Assembly: GCF_001412615.1 (NCBI RefSeq)
Contig: NZ_CP013011.1
Coordinates: 1-32,000, forward strand
Length of the DNA: 32,000 nucleotides
Reading direction: 5' to 3'
Origin: Pyrodictium delaneyi
GTDB taxonomy: Archaea > Thermoproteota > Thermoprotei_A > Sulfolobales > Pyrodictiaceae
Below are positions 1 to 6,741 of the stretch, piece after piece. Each line of letters starts with the position of its first letter. Within the stretch, counting starts at the first letter, position 1. The notes beneath the pieces are model-generated. The model was not told the origin of the DNA and searched no databases. It was given only the letters and a program-made list of their open reading frames with translations. A program made the translations under genes and the position numbers.

Positions 1-11
1 GCACCGCCGCG

Positions 12-638
12 TCACCCCTCTGCCGCCGTGCTTGCTGGCTTGTTGGCCGCCAGCGGAGTGACGTAGCGGTCGAGCCCGCTCGGCTCCTGCTGCTCCGCCG
101 TCACCTTGAGGCGCTTGTCCTTGACGAGCTCGGGGTTCCTGGTGATGGTGATGAGCCAGCCTAGGATGCTGCGGAACTGTATGAGCCAGTGTATCGACGC
201 CTCTGCCGCGCGCCGCACGTACTCGTAGTCCAGCTTGCTCGGGCTGTCCATGCTGCTGAGCTCCTTCTCTATCTCGCTGAGCCTGACGCGGTTCAGCTCC
301 AGGGCCTCGCCGAGCGCCTTGTTGAGCCACTCCAGCACTGCCAGTATCACCGTGGGACGGGGCACGTAGACGCAGGGCGCCCCGCCAGCGCTGTAGCAGC
401 CCATGAACACGTCGGGACTCTCCTCGGCCAGCACGCCCAGCAGCCGCTGGATGTCCACAGTGCCCTCGAGCGCCCTGCCACGCTGAATGTCCAGCACCAC
501 AACGTCCATAGAGCCGCCGCCCACGCTCACTCGGACAGGGTTGCCGAACTCGCCGCCCACATCGTACCAGCGCCGCTCCCCGCCAGCCTTCCCCCTGACC
601 ACGGGAAGCCAACCATTACCGCCAGCCATCGTCACCAC
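12..638 (-). CDS. Hypothetical protein (provirus), 208 aa from GTG 638; ATG at 629 is an alternative start
   Basis: Long ORF with protein-like composition. A GGGGGTGGTGA SD-like run lies just upstream. Its start overlaps the stop of the upstream small ORF (TGGTGACGATG). Confidence 0.55.
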   Translation of the reverse strand: MVTMAGGNGWLPVVRGKAGGERRWYDVGGEFGNPVRVSVGGGSMDVVVLDIQRGRALEGTVDIQRLLGVLAEESPDVFMGCYSAGGAPCVYVPRPTVILAVLEWLNKALGEALELNRVRLSEIEKELSSMDSPSKLDYEYVRRAAEASIHWLIQFRSILGWLITITRNPELVKDKRLKVTAEQQEPSGLDRYVTPLAANKPASTAAEG

Positions 639-757
639 CCCCTCTTCACCACCTTCTCGTAGTAGTCGTGGGCGCCACGGAACCCCATGCAGCGGTCATA
701 GCACTCCTTGTTGTCGCCGCAGACCACGTGGCACGAGTCCCACCGAGACAGCACCAT
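632..757 (-). CDS. Small Cys-rich protein, 41 aa (MVLSRWDSCHVVCGDNKECYDRCMGFRGAHDYYEKVVKRGW), not in the ORF track
   Basis: Hand translation. ATG is preceded by GAGGGGTGA. The stop overlaps the start of the next gene. A C-x3-C-x5-C-x3-C pattern suggests a small metal-binding or disulfide module. Confidence 0.35.
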   Translation of the reverse strand: MVLSRWDSCHVVCGDNKECYDRCMGFRGAHDYYEKVVKRGW

Positions 758-764
758 CACCCGC

Positions 765-935
765 TCACCCCTCGGTCTCGTCCCTGTAGCGCAACGTCAC
801 CACGACCTCGAGATCTGTGCCTGGGACGTCGAAGCTGGCGCTGACGTGCGTGGCGCCGAGCCTCTCCAGCAGCGCCTTCATAGCACGCAGCAGCTCCCCG
901 TCCACAGGCAGCCTCTGCTGCAGAACCTGCACCAC
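765..935 (-). CDS. Small hypothetical protein, 56 aa (VVQVLQQRLPVDGELLRAMKALLERLGATHVSASFDVPGTDLEVVVTLRYRDETEG), not in the ORF track
   Basis: Hand translation. The GTG start lies 3 nt after GGGGGTGA, which also contains the stop of the upstream 84-aa ORF. Composition is far more protein-like than the Arg/Gly-rich 757..942 frame in the track. Confidence 0.4.
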   Translation of the reverse strand: MVQVLQQRLPVDGELLRAMKALLERLGATHVSASFDVPGTDLEVVVTLRYRDETEG

Positions 936-938
936 GGG

Positions 939-1193
939 TCACCCCCTTGGGCAGACAAGCTCAGCGATGAAGCGCGCATACCCGAGCTTGTAGGCCAGGT
1001 AGACCTTCTCCACGGGCGTCAGCTCCTCGCTGTTCAGTATCTCCTCGAGCACCTCGCTGACCTTGCTGTGCTCACGTACCCACTTCGCCAGCATGCCTGC
1101 TAGATCCTTGTGGCGCGCATCGTCTATCCCCAGCGCTTCCTCGACCGTCCTCTTGCTGTGGTCGAACCTGTAGGTGAACCGCACCATCCCCAT
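939..1193 (-). CDS. Hypothetical protein, 84 aa (provirus)
   Basis: ORF with balanced helical composition. It belongs to the same-strand chain of tightly packed ORFs. Confidence 0.55.
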   Translation of the reverse strand: MGMVRFTYRFDHSKRTVEEALGIDDARHKDLAGMLAKWVREHSKVSEVLEEILNSEELTPVEKVYLAYKLGYARFIAELVCPRG

Positions 1194-1199
1194 CCACCC

Positions 1200-1427
1200 C
1201 TAGGCCTTCCTCATCAAGGACCTGACAATCTTCGTCCTGAAGCCGTAGCTGCGTAGTATCCTCGCCATCTCCCTGGCGGTAGCCGCTGACTTGGCTTCGA
1301 GCACCACGCTGTCGGAGAGCGCATATGTTGTGAACCTTGCACCGAAACGAAGCGCTACATCGAAGACCTTCCCGACGCCGTCGCAGTCCTTAACTGGATA
1401 AGTGAACACATAGTATATCCTCGCCAC
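1200..1427 (-). CDS. Hypothetical small alpha/beta protein, about 75 aa from GTG 1427 (ORF open to 1472)
   Basis: GTG 1427 lies 7 nt downstream of AGGGGTGA and just after the stop of the RHH gene. The alternating beta/alpha-like pattern (ARIYYVFTYPV...VVLEAKSAATAREMARILRSYG) is protein-like. Confidence 0.5.
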   Translation of the reverse strand: MARIYYVFTYPVKDCDGVGKVFDVALRFGARFTTYALSDSVVLEAKSAATAREMARILRSYGFRTKIVRSLMRKA

Positions 1428-1440
1428 CGCGCGGTCACCC

Positions 1441-1668
1441 CTAGGCAGTGGCTGGAGCAGCCAGCCCAGCACGGGCTACCTTGCCGTGCATCCTCGCTAT
1501 CTTGCTGCGAAGCTGCTCGCTTAGCGTGCCAGTTGTTATCAACTCTACTATCGCTCTGGCTCCTAGCTCGTATATCTCATACTTCTTCATACCCAGGTCT
1601 ACAGCGAGGTGCTCTATAGTTCGGTCGAGCTCGGTGTCTACGTAGACCGACACGCGGGTGCGACTCAT
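1441..1668 (-). CDS. Ribbon-helix-helix (CopG/Arc-like) DNA-binding protein, about 75 aa from ATG 1668
   Basis: N-terminus MSRTRVSVYVDTELDRTIEHLAVDLGMKKYEIYELGARAI fits the RHH beta-strand/helix/helix pattern. GGGGTGGAG lies before the ATG. The TATA/operator module at 1706-1732 lies upstream. Confidence 0.6.
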   Translation of the reverse strand: MSRTRVSVYVDTELDRTIEHLAVDLGMKKYEIYELGARAIVELITTGTLSEQLRSKIARMHGKVARAGLAAPATA

Positions 1669-1705
1669 GGTTCTCCACCCCTGCGCACACGCGCAGTCGT
1701 GTAAC

Positions 1706-1732
1706 TGTACAGTTGCGCAGAAGTATAAAAGC
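1706..1732 (-). promoter_or_regulatory. Promoter module copy 1: TATA box (minus strand GCTTTTATAC) followed by pseudo-palindrome TGCGCAACTGTACA
   Basis: This 27-nt block is 23/27 identical to 2314-2340. It sits about 40-60 nt upstream of the RHH gene start. Confidence 0.6.
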
Positions 1733-1733
1733 A

Positions 1734-2294
1734 TTACTGAGTCTCGTCCAGGAAGCGCTGAAGAATGTTTATGACTCTGCGGATGGACTTCGCGTAGTTC
1801 ATAATAGCGTAGCGGTATAGCACGCTCTGCTTTTCAAGGGTAGAAACTAGCTCTTCGAGTTCGTGGACAGCTTTGCGCACCTTCTCCAGGTCCAGCTCTG
1901 CCTTCTGCTCCACCTTCTGCTCGACATGATGCACGTTAAGGTTGACAACTATCTGGCTGGCCTCGCTTATCTTCTGAATCTCAGCGCCAGAGAGCCTAGC
2001 GGTCGCCGCTATCGCTGCTCCTATGCTCTTCTTGAGAAGCTCCATGCGCCGCCTGTCTTCCCTGACAAACTTCTTATAGATGATCTTGTAGGCGAGAGGG
2101 AGTCTTATGCATAGTACATCTGTTGTCGAGAAGAGGTCCTGGGTGCTTAGGAGCCCCTCTATCTCCTTCCTAACTTGCTCTTCGGGAGTGTATACAGTAT
2201 ACATACTGTATACAGGCGCCCCTTCAGAATAGGGGGGAGAGCTATCTTCGGGTTCATGCTCATTTGCTCTTCTGAGCTTGCCCTCTTCATGCAT
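1734..2294 (-). CDS. Hypothetical protein, 186 aa, helical/coiled-coil-like C-terminal half (provirus)
   Basis: ATG start lies about 20-45 nt downstream of promoter module copy 2. The charged heptad-like stretch (EQKVEQKAELDLEKVRKAVHELEELV) is protein-like. Confidence 0.55.
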   Translation of the reverse strand: MHEEGKLRRANEHEPEDSSPPYSEGAPVYSMYTVYTPEEQVRKEIEGLLSTQDLFSTTDVLCIRLPLAYKIIYKKFVREDRRRMELLKKSIGAAIAATARLSGAEIQKISEASQIVVNLNVHHVEQKVEQKAELDLEKVRKAVHELEELVSTLEKQSVLYRYAIMNYAKSIRRVINILQRFLDETQ

Positions 2295-2313
2295 AACTGC
2301 ACACCAGTACAGA

Positions 2314-2340
2314 TGTACAATTGTGCACTAGTATAAAAGC
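2314..2340 (-). promoter_or_regulatory. Promoter module copy 2: TATA box plus pseudo-palindrome TGCACAATTGTACA
   Basis: Paralogous to 1706-1732, with the same spacing between TATA and palindrome. It lies directly upstream of the 186-aa gene. Confidence 0.6.
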
Positions 2341-2384
2341 GCTTAGGAGTACCTAAATAGATACACAACAGCATAGTAGAAGTG

Positions 2385-2398
2385 GTGCACAATTGTGA
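2385..2398 (+). promoter_or_regulatory. Third, inverted copy of the operator (GTGCACAATTGTGA) overlapping the start of the wHTH gene
   Basis: 12/14 match to the reverse complement of the copy-2 palindrome. A TATA-like CCTAAATAGATA at 2352-2363 lies about 25-30 nt upstream, implying a leaderless transcript starting near GTG 2395. Confidence 0.5.
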
Positions 2399-2640
2399 GC
2401 ATCGAGAAGCGCAGTCTCAAAGGCCAGATAAGGCTAATACTAAAGATGATGCAGATACTGGCTGAGAAGGAGCTTAACTTCAAGCAGATAGCCGAGGAGC
2501 TAGCCGTGCAGGAGAGGACAGTAAGCAAGTACGCAGAACTCCTCTATGATCTAGGCTTTGCAGACATAGAAATACGGGGCCCCAACAAGATAGTAAAGCT
2601 TACAGAAAAAGGACGATGTATAGTAAAATGCTTAGGCTAA
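2395..2640 (+). CDS. Winged helix-turn-helix transcription regulator, 81 aa (GTG start)
   Basis: LNFKQIAEELAVQERTVSKYAELLYDLGFADIEIRGPNKIVKLTEKG is a classic HTH plus wing pattern. The gene is divergent from the RHH/186-aa genes and shares their operator. Confidence 0.65.
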   Translation: MSIEKRSLKGQIRLILKMMQILAEKELNFKQIAEELAVQERTVSKYAELLYDLGFADIEIRGPNKIVKLTEKGRCIVKCLG

Positions 2641-2811
2641 GCCTAGCTCGCTACGCAGCTCGTCAAGGCTCATCTGCCTAATATGCTCCTTAACCAGAGT
2701 GTACCTTTTCCACGCATCCTCGAGATCCCTAGCCTTGGTGAAGACTTCATCCTCTATGAGCTCTAGTAGTCTTAGGATCTCTGCCTGTGTGCAGCCCACG
2801 GCTAGTCCCAT
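2632..2811 (-). CDS. Small hypothetical protein, 59 aa (MGLAVGCTQAEILRLLELIEDEVFTKARDLEDAWKRYTLVKEHIRQMSLDELRSELGLA)
   Basis: This is the only protein-like part of the 252-aa track ORF. It starts at ATG 2811, downstream of the 166-aa gene. Confidence 0.4.
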   Translation of the reverse strand: MGLAVGCTQAEILRLLELIEDEVFTKARDLEDAWKRYTLVKEHIRQMSLDELRSELGLA

Positions 2812-2882
2812 ATCTTGGAGTGCAGATGGGAGTGGATGAGGGAGAGGGGCGACATGATGTAAAAAGCTGGGCTGGGGGTGGG

Positions 2883-3383
2883 CTACTTCTCTGGTGTGCA
2901 TATGACGCCGTATGTGTAGCCTATTGCTGTCTTGCCGTCTACTAGGCCCTCTATGTGCAGCGAGTATGTCGCTCCTGGCTTGCATGGCTTGTCCAGCTCT
3001 ATCGCTATCTTGTAGCTGCCTGCGCCCTGTAGCTCCACGGTCTTGTCTACTATTCCGTTCCCTACGAGCACGTGTATCGCCGTGCAGTTCCTGTTGTAGA
3101 TGTTCAGCTCCAGGCGGTCGGAGCGCAGCATCGGCATACCTGTGACGCTGAACGCGCAGTAGGCCTCCTCCACGGGCTGCTCCTGCTTCACCACGGTGAC
3201 GCCGCTCGCAGTGGCGGTGGATGCCGTCGCCGCGTGGGTCGCTGTCGTGGCCGTTGTGGCTGCCTCCGTGGCTGTAGTTAGGGCTGTTGTAGTGCTTGTG
3301 GTCGCTGGCGTCTGCTGGGTGAGTATGTAGGCCGCTGCGGCTAGGGCTAGCGCAGCCAGCGCGGCGGCCAGAACCTTGTGCAA
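2883..3383 (-). CDS. Secreted or membrane-anchored protein with a Thr/Ala-rich linker and a C-terminal beta-rich domain, 166 aa (TTG start)
   Basis: N-terminal hydrophobic segment AAALAALALAAAAYIL is followed by TPATTSTTTALTTATEAATTATTATHAATASTATAS. A TATA-like TATATT lies about 28 nt upstream. Confidence 0.65.
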   Translation of the reverse strand: MHKVLAAALAALALAAAAYILTQQTPATTSTTTALTTATEAATTATTATHAATASTATASGVTVVKQEQPVEEAYCAFSVTGMPMLRSDRLELNIYNRNCTAIHVLVGNGIVDKTVELQGAGSYKIAIELDKPCKPGATYSLHIEGLVDGKTAIGYTYGVICTPEK

Positions 3384-3422
3384 GACCCATCAGTATTACC
3401 TATTCGCAATATAGGGGCTGGG

Positions 3423-5321
3423 CTAAAAAGGCAGAAGAGAACGTATGAATGCTACTACTGCACGCATCTTCTCCAGTATCCATGAGAAGAACTCGACCAC
3501 CTTGAAGGGGTCATAGACTAGTATCGCTACTACTAGCGCTGGGAACAGAGCCACCATTGCCTGCATTACTGGCCCCAGCAGCGTCACCTGCGATGCCGCC
3601 GCTCTAAACAAGTCCACGAACTTCCCGAAGAAGCTCCACACGTCGCTCATCAGATCCTTGAGCGGCTCTGGTATGAGGGCGGATACTCCCTGGACAATGT
3701 AGCTTCCAACGCTCTTCAGCGCGTCGTATAGTGGCGCGAAGACCGCCCGAAGCGCCCGTACCAAGGGGTTGGCGGGCTGGCTGGCGGTGTCGGGCCACAC
3801 GAGTACATCCACGTAGTATACTAGGTAGTAGCGTCTCGTTGCGTCCTCGAGCTTCACAGTCCACACGAACGTGAAGTTCGTGCTAGCATCCACGCTGGGC
3901 AGTTGGTCAGCGTAGCGGAAGGCTGGATCCCCAGCCCACAGGGTAGCGAAGCTCCTCTCCGTGATATCGAGTTCTCCGCCGTAGTAGCTAGTCCATGACA
4001 TACTGGTATCCGCGGGGTCGAAGCTGGTAGTCCACGACCATGACACCTGGGCGCACACGTAGTCGCTCACTGTGTGGTTGCTCTCGGTGACAACCATGCC
4101 GCTGGCCACGTCTACGGGCCACTCGCTGGACAACAGGTTCTCGAAGACTATCCACTCCGTGGCAGTCCCCGAGACCCCGCCAATCTGCCCGTTGAAGCCT
4201 ATGGGGAGCTGGGAGCCGCTTAGCGGGCTGATTACTACGTATTCCTCTTTCCTGCCGCCACATGTCGCTATTGTTAAGTTGTCGTAGGTGAAGTTGTAGG
4301 TGAAGCCCGTGGCGTCCGCTGTGCCAGTGTCGACTGTTGCACAATCGCCGAAGCAGTAGACGCTGCCGTCTCCAGGGATCGGGAATGTTAGGCTTATCGT
4401 TATCGTTGCTGTGAAGTTTGCTATCGAGGTATCGTTAACCCTTAGGTCTAGACCATAGGTGAATGGCGGGTGCGACAATGCGCCATAGTTTGTGAAGTTA
4501 TAGGCATTGAATATAGAGTCTATGGTGACGCTGTAGCTGCTGGGCGCTATCCAGGATGGTGGCTGCACGTAGATGCCCACGAGCCGTGTAATGTAGGAGC
4601 CATCGGCGCTATAGTAGTAGTAGAAGAAGTCCGAGGGAGACGCTAGGATACTGACAGTCCATGTAACTTTTACATAGTCGCCTGTAGCATCAACGACTAT
4701 GCGCTGGCTGGTTATCGTGATCGTGCCCGTCTTGTATGCTAGCGTCCACTCCTTGGTGAACACTTGAGTTACTAGTCCTGTGGTGTTCTCTACTCTCGTG
4801 CCCACAAAGGCTATAGGGTCTATGGTTGTACCGTTCTCGAGCACATAACCAGGTGCATATATGTATGTGAAACTCACTCTGCCACGTATAGTATTGTTGA
4901 ACGGGTTGAACATCACGTATGTATCATCATCTGCTTTCTCGCCATATAGTGTTGAGCGCACGTACTCGTGAATGTTCACCACGAAGTATGTCTCGTTTAT
5001 CAAGTCCGCTATAGTGTATGCCCTAGCGGTTTGCGTGGCGCTCGAGGATAGCGCTCTCCTCACTGGCTCGGGTAGGTGCCCCTGCCCCACTACCCAAAGC
5101 CTACCATGCTTATCCAGCACTGTGTAAAGCTGCTTACCCTTCCAGACCTTGAGCATCCACTCTAGCTGCTCCCTCGAGAAGTAGTCGTATATCCAGTGGG
5201 AGCCCCCGAAGAGAAGCTCTGGCTCCGTGACTCCTAGCGCCGCCAGTATGCTAGCCGCGTGGCTGTAGAGGACTAGGAATGTCAGTATGCCCGCTGCCAG
5301 CGCCCTCCGTAGCTTCCCCAC
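3423..5321 (-). CDS. Large envelope/fibre-like glycoprotein candidate, 632 aa, hydrophobic N- and C-termini
   Basis: GTG start abuts GGAGGTGAT. N-terminal signal/TM segment is ALAAGILTFLVLY. C-terminal hydrophobic segments are LLGPVMQAMVALFPALVVAILVY. I counted 11 N-x-S/T sequons by eye (NET, NNT, NGT, NTT, NFT x4, NDT, NLT, NHT). Confidence 0.8.
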   Translation of the reverse strand: MGKLRRALAAGILTFLVLYSHAASILAALGVTEPELLFGGSHWIYDYFSREQLEWMLKVWKGKQLYTVLDKHGRLWVVGQGHLPEPVRRALSSSATQTARAYTIADLINETYFVVNIHEYVRSTLYGEKADDDTYVMFNPFNNTIRGRVSFTYIYAPGYVLENGTTIDPIAFVGTRVENTTGLVTQVFTKEWTLAYKTGTITITSQRIVVDATGDYVKVTWTVSILASPSDFFYYYYSADGSYITRLVGIYVQPPSWIAPSSYSVTIDSIFNAYNFTNYGALSHPPFTYGLDLRVNDTSIANFTATITISLTFPIPGDGSVYCFGDCATVDTGTADATGFTYNFTYDNLTIATCGGRKEEYVVISPLSGSQLPIGFNGQIGGVSGTATEWIVFENLLSSEWPVDVASGMVVTESNHTVSDYVCAQVSWSWTTSFDPADTSMSWTSYYGGELDITERSFATLWAGDPAFRYADQLPSVDASTNFTFVWTVKLEDATRRYYLVYYVDVLVWPDTASQPANPLVRALRAVFAPLYDALKSVGSYIVQGVSALIPEPLKDLMSDVWSFFGKFVDLFRAAASQVTLLGPVMQAMVALFPALVVAILVYDPFKVVEFFSWILEKMRAVVAFIRSLLPF

Positions 5322-5334
5322 ATCACCTCCCCCG

Positions 5335-5622
5335 CTAGTAGATAATCAGTATCAGTACCGCAATCGGGCCGAACACGATAATCAGAGTAGCAATGATATC
5401 GACTAGCCCGCTAAGGTCTAGCACTACTGTCTTGTCCACCCAGGCAGTACCATTGTACTCCTTCACGGGGATAGTTATCGTCGAGAAACCGTTAGCGTTA
5501 ATCGTGTTAACAATGCTGTTCTTAGCTGCTATCGCTATGTCCAACAGGAATCCGTAGTAGACCACGAGGCTTATCAATCCTATAGCGAGGAGCTGCACCT
5601 TACGCTGAAGACTCCGCCTCAT
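5335..5622 (-). CDS. Small membrane protein, 95 aa, two hydrophobic helices, NGT sequon in the loop
   Basis: The ATGA overlap couples it to the 78-aa gene. Its C-terminal half (TVVLDLSGLVDIIATLIIVFGPIAVLILII) resembles the VDLS...hydrophobic helix region of the 78-aa protein. Confidence 0.65.
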   Translation of the reverse strand: MRRSLQRKVQLLAIGLISLVVYYGFLLDIAIAAKNSIVNTINANGFSTITIPVKEYNGTAWVDKTVVLDLSGLVDIIATLIIVFGPIAVLILIIY

Positions 5623-5855
5623 ATCTCGACACCCAGGTCTCTTAGGCCGCTAATGATTAGGAGAAGTGGTGCAAACACCTTCACGAGATCCCACATCACG
5701 CTTAGATCGACTGTCGTGCTGCCGATGGTTACTGCGCTGAGATCCATGTTGATGTTGCCTAGTATCGCTGCTATGGCTCCCGCTAGTCCAAGCTTCACTA
5801 TCCCTCGCAGAATCCGTCCAAGCCATGTGTTTGATACTGCGCTCTGCCAGGACAA
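5619..5855 (-). CDS. Small hydrophobic two-helix protein, 78 aa, capsid-protein-like paralog (TTG start)
   Basis: GGGGAG SD-like run lies 5 nt upstream. It shares GLAxxIxA, NM..GST.V.DL and GLR(D/K)xGV blocks with the 64-aa protein. Confidence 0.65.
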   Translation of the reverse strand: MSWQSAVSNTWLGRILRGIVKLGLAGAIAAILGNINMDLSAVTIGSTTVDLSVMWDLVKVFAPLLLIISGLRDLGVEI

Positions 5856-5864
5856 GACACTCCC

Positions 5865-5921
5865 CGACTAGAGTCGAATAAGAAAAAAGATTCTGGGATA
5901 AGACTGTTTCGACTCTAGTCG
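5865..5921. repeat. Perfect 14-bp inverted repeat (CGACTAGAGTCGAA / TTCGACTCTAGTCG) flanking a 29-nt loop that carries a T-run on the minus strand
   Basis: Read directly. It lies between the 64-aa and 78-aa genes. Minus-strand TCTTTTTTCTTATT may act as a terminator and/or a TATA-like element. Confidence 0.6.
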
Positions 5922-5925
5922 AAGG

Positions 5926-6120
5926 CTAGAGGCTCACGCCAGCCTTCCTCAGACCCTTAAAGAATAGGGCTAGTCCACCGAACGCTAGACCGAGCCCAGG
6001 AATGAAGCCTAGATCTATAGTCACTGTGGAGCCGCCGATTGTCATGTTGTACTGCATGTAGCCGCTTAGGGCGCTGGCGGTTGCGCCTCCTAGAGCCATT
6101 ATGGTGGCCGCTAGCCCCAT
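5926..6120 (-). CDS. Small hydrophobic two-helix protein, 64 aa, major-capsid-protein-like candidate with an NMT sequon in the inter-helix loop
   Basis: MGLAATIMALGGATASALSGYMQYNMTIGGSTVTIDLGFIPGLGLAFGGLALFFKGLRKAGVSL. The architecture (two hydrophobic helices, glycosylatable loop, about 60-75 aa) matches fusellovirus VP1/VP3-type capsid proteins. Confidence 0.65.
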   Translation of the reverse strand: MGLAATIMALGGATASALSGYMQYNMTIGGSTVTIDLGFIPGLGLAFGGLALFFKGLRKAGVSL

Positions 6121-6226
6121 GGTTACTAGGCCTATGAAGAGGTTCCTGCTGTACTTGCCTATGGTTTGCCTGCGCCTTGGCCTGTAGCGTCTGGCCAGAG
6201 TCCCACCCCGAGGCTCTCCGATTCTA

Positions 6227-6240
6227 CGACACTAGTCGAA
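6227..6240. promoter_or_regulatory. Third copy of the CGACnCTAGTCGAA palindromic motif, next to a TATA-like GATTAAATTC on the minus strand
   Basis: 13/14 match to 5910-5923. It lies in the divergent control region between the structural module (minus) and the RHH/ATPase/integrase module (plus). Confidence 0.45.
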
Positions 6241-6289
6241 AGAATTTAATCTTGGTGAATCCAGGATCATATACTGGTGACTCCGACGC

Positions 6290-6436
6290 ATGTCTAAGTC
6301 GGACTACGTGCAACGGACGGTTAGACTCCCAGCCAAGCTCGACGAGATGATAGAGCAGTACGCGAAGGAGTGGGGACTAACGTACCAGGATGCAATCGTG
6401 CACATACTCCTCGAGTGCTTCGAAGGTGAAGAGTAA
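6290..6436 (+). CDS. Ribbon-helix-helix protein, 48 aa (MSKSDYVQRTVRLPAKLDEMIEQYAKEWGLTYQDAIVHILLECFEGEE), not in the ORF track
   Basis: Hand translation. RTVRLPAKLDEMIE...AIVHILLE is the RHH signature. A TAATG stop/start overlap links it to the next ORF. Confidence 0.55.
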   Translation: MSKSDYVQRTVRLPAKLDEMIEQYAKEWGLTYQDAIVHILLECFEGEE

Positions 6437-6741
6437 TGCTGGGCTTCGGAAAGAAGGACTGTAGTCTAGACAGCTTTGGAGAAGACGAGATAGTAGAGTA
6501 CGTGGTCGCAAACCGCAGCGTTAGAGAAAAGCTCATAGAGCGTATCAAAGAGGACGTAGAGGATGCCCTCGAGGCTACGCTAGTCAACGCGATAAGGGCT
6601 GCCAACGAGAGGCCCCCGATATGGTGGCAGTGGCTCTTCCTGCTAGCAGCGGGGGCTATGGCTGGGCTTGGCCTCGGAATCGTGATTGCGATGAAAACGG
6701 GCATTGCTGGCGGGCCTAGTCTACCGCCGCCGCCAGGGTGA
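6436..6741 (+). CDS. Hypothetical protein with a C-terminal TM anchor, 101 aa
   Basis: WWQWLFLLAAGAMAGLGLGIVIAM hydrophobic segment. The ORF is translationally coupled on both sides. Confidence 0.55.
   Translation: MLGFGKKDCSLDSFGEDEIVEYVVANRSVREKLIERIKEDVEDALEATLVNAIRAANERPPIWWQWLFLLAAGAMAGLGLGIVIAMKTGIAGGPSLPPPPG

Noticed and set aside
189-1103. Plus-strand ORFs 189..662, 487..789 and 708..1103, and minus-strand ORF 757..942
   Set aside because: They are Pro/Arg/Ala/His-rich low-complexity translations antisense or off-frame to better minus-strand genes. These are typical shadow ORFs of a GC-rich stretch.
2632-3390. 252-aa ORF spanning the Thr-rich protein gene in another frame
   Set aside because: Its first 190 aa or so are Arg/Gly/His-rich off-frame sequence overlapping the convincing 166-aa secreted protein (2883..3383). 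Only the last 59 aa (2632..2811) look like a real protein.
6121-6231. In-frame open extension (37 codons, basic: ..RRYRPRRRQTIGKYSRNLFIGLVT) upstream of the 64-aa capsid-like gene, reminiscent of a VP1 propeptide
   Set aside because: It contains no in-frame ATG, GTG or TTG. An open stretch of this length is not improbable by chance. It is treated as 5' leader unless non-canonical initiation is shown.
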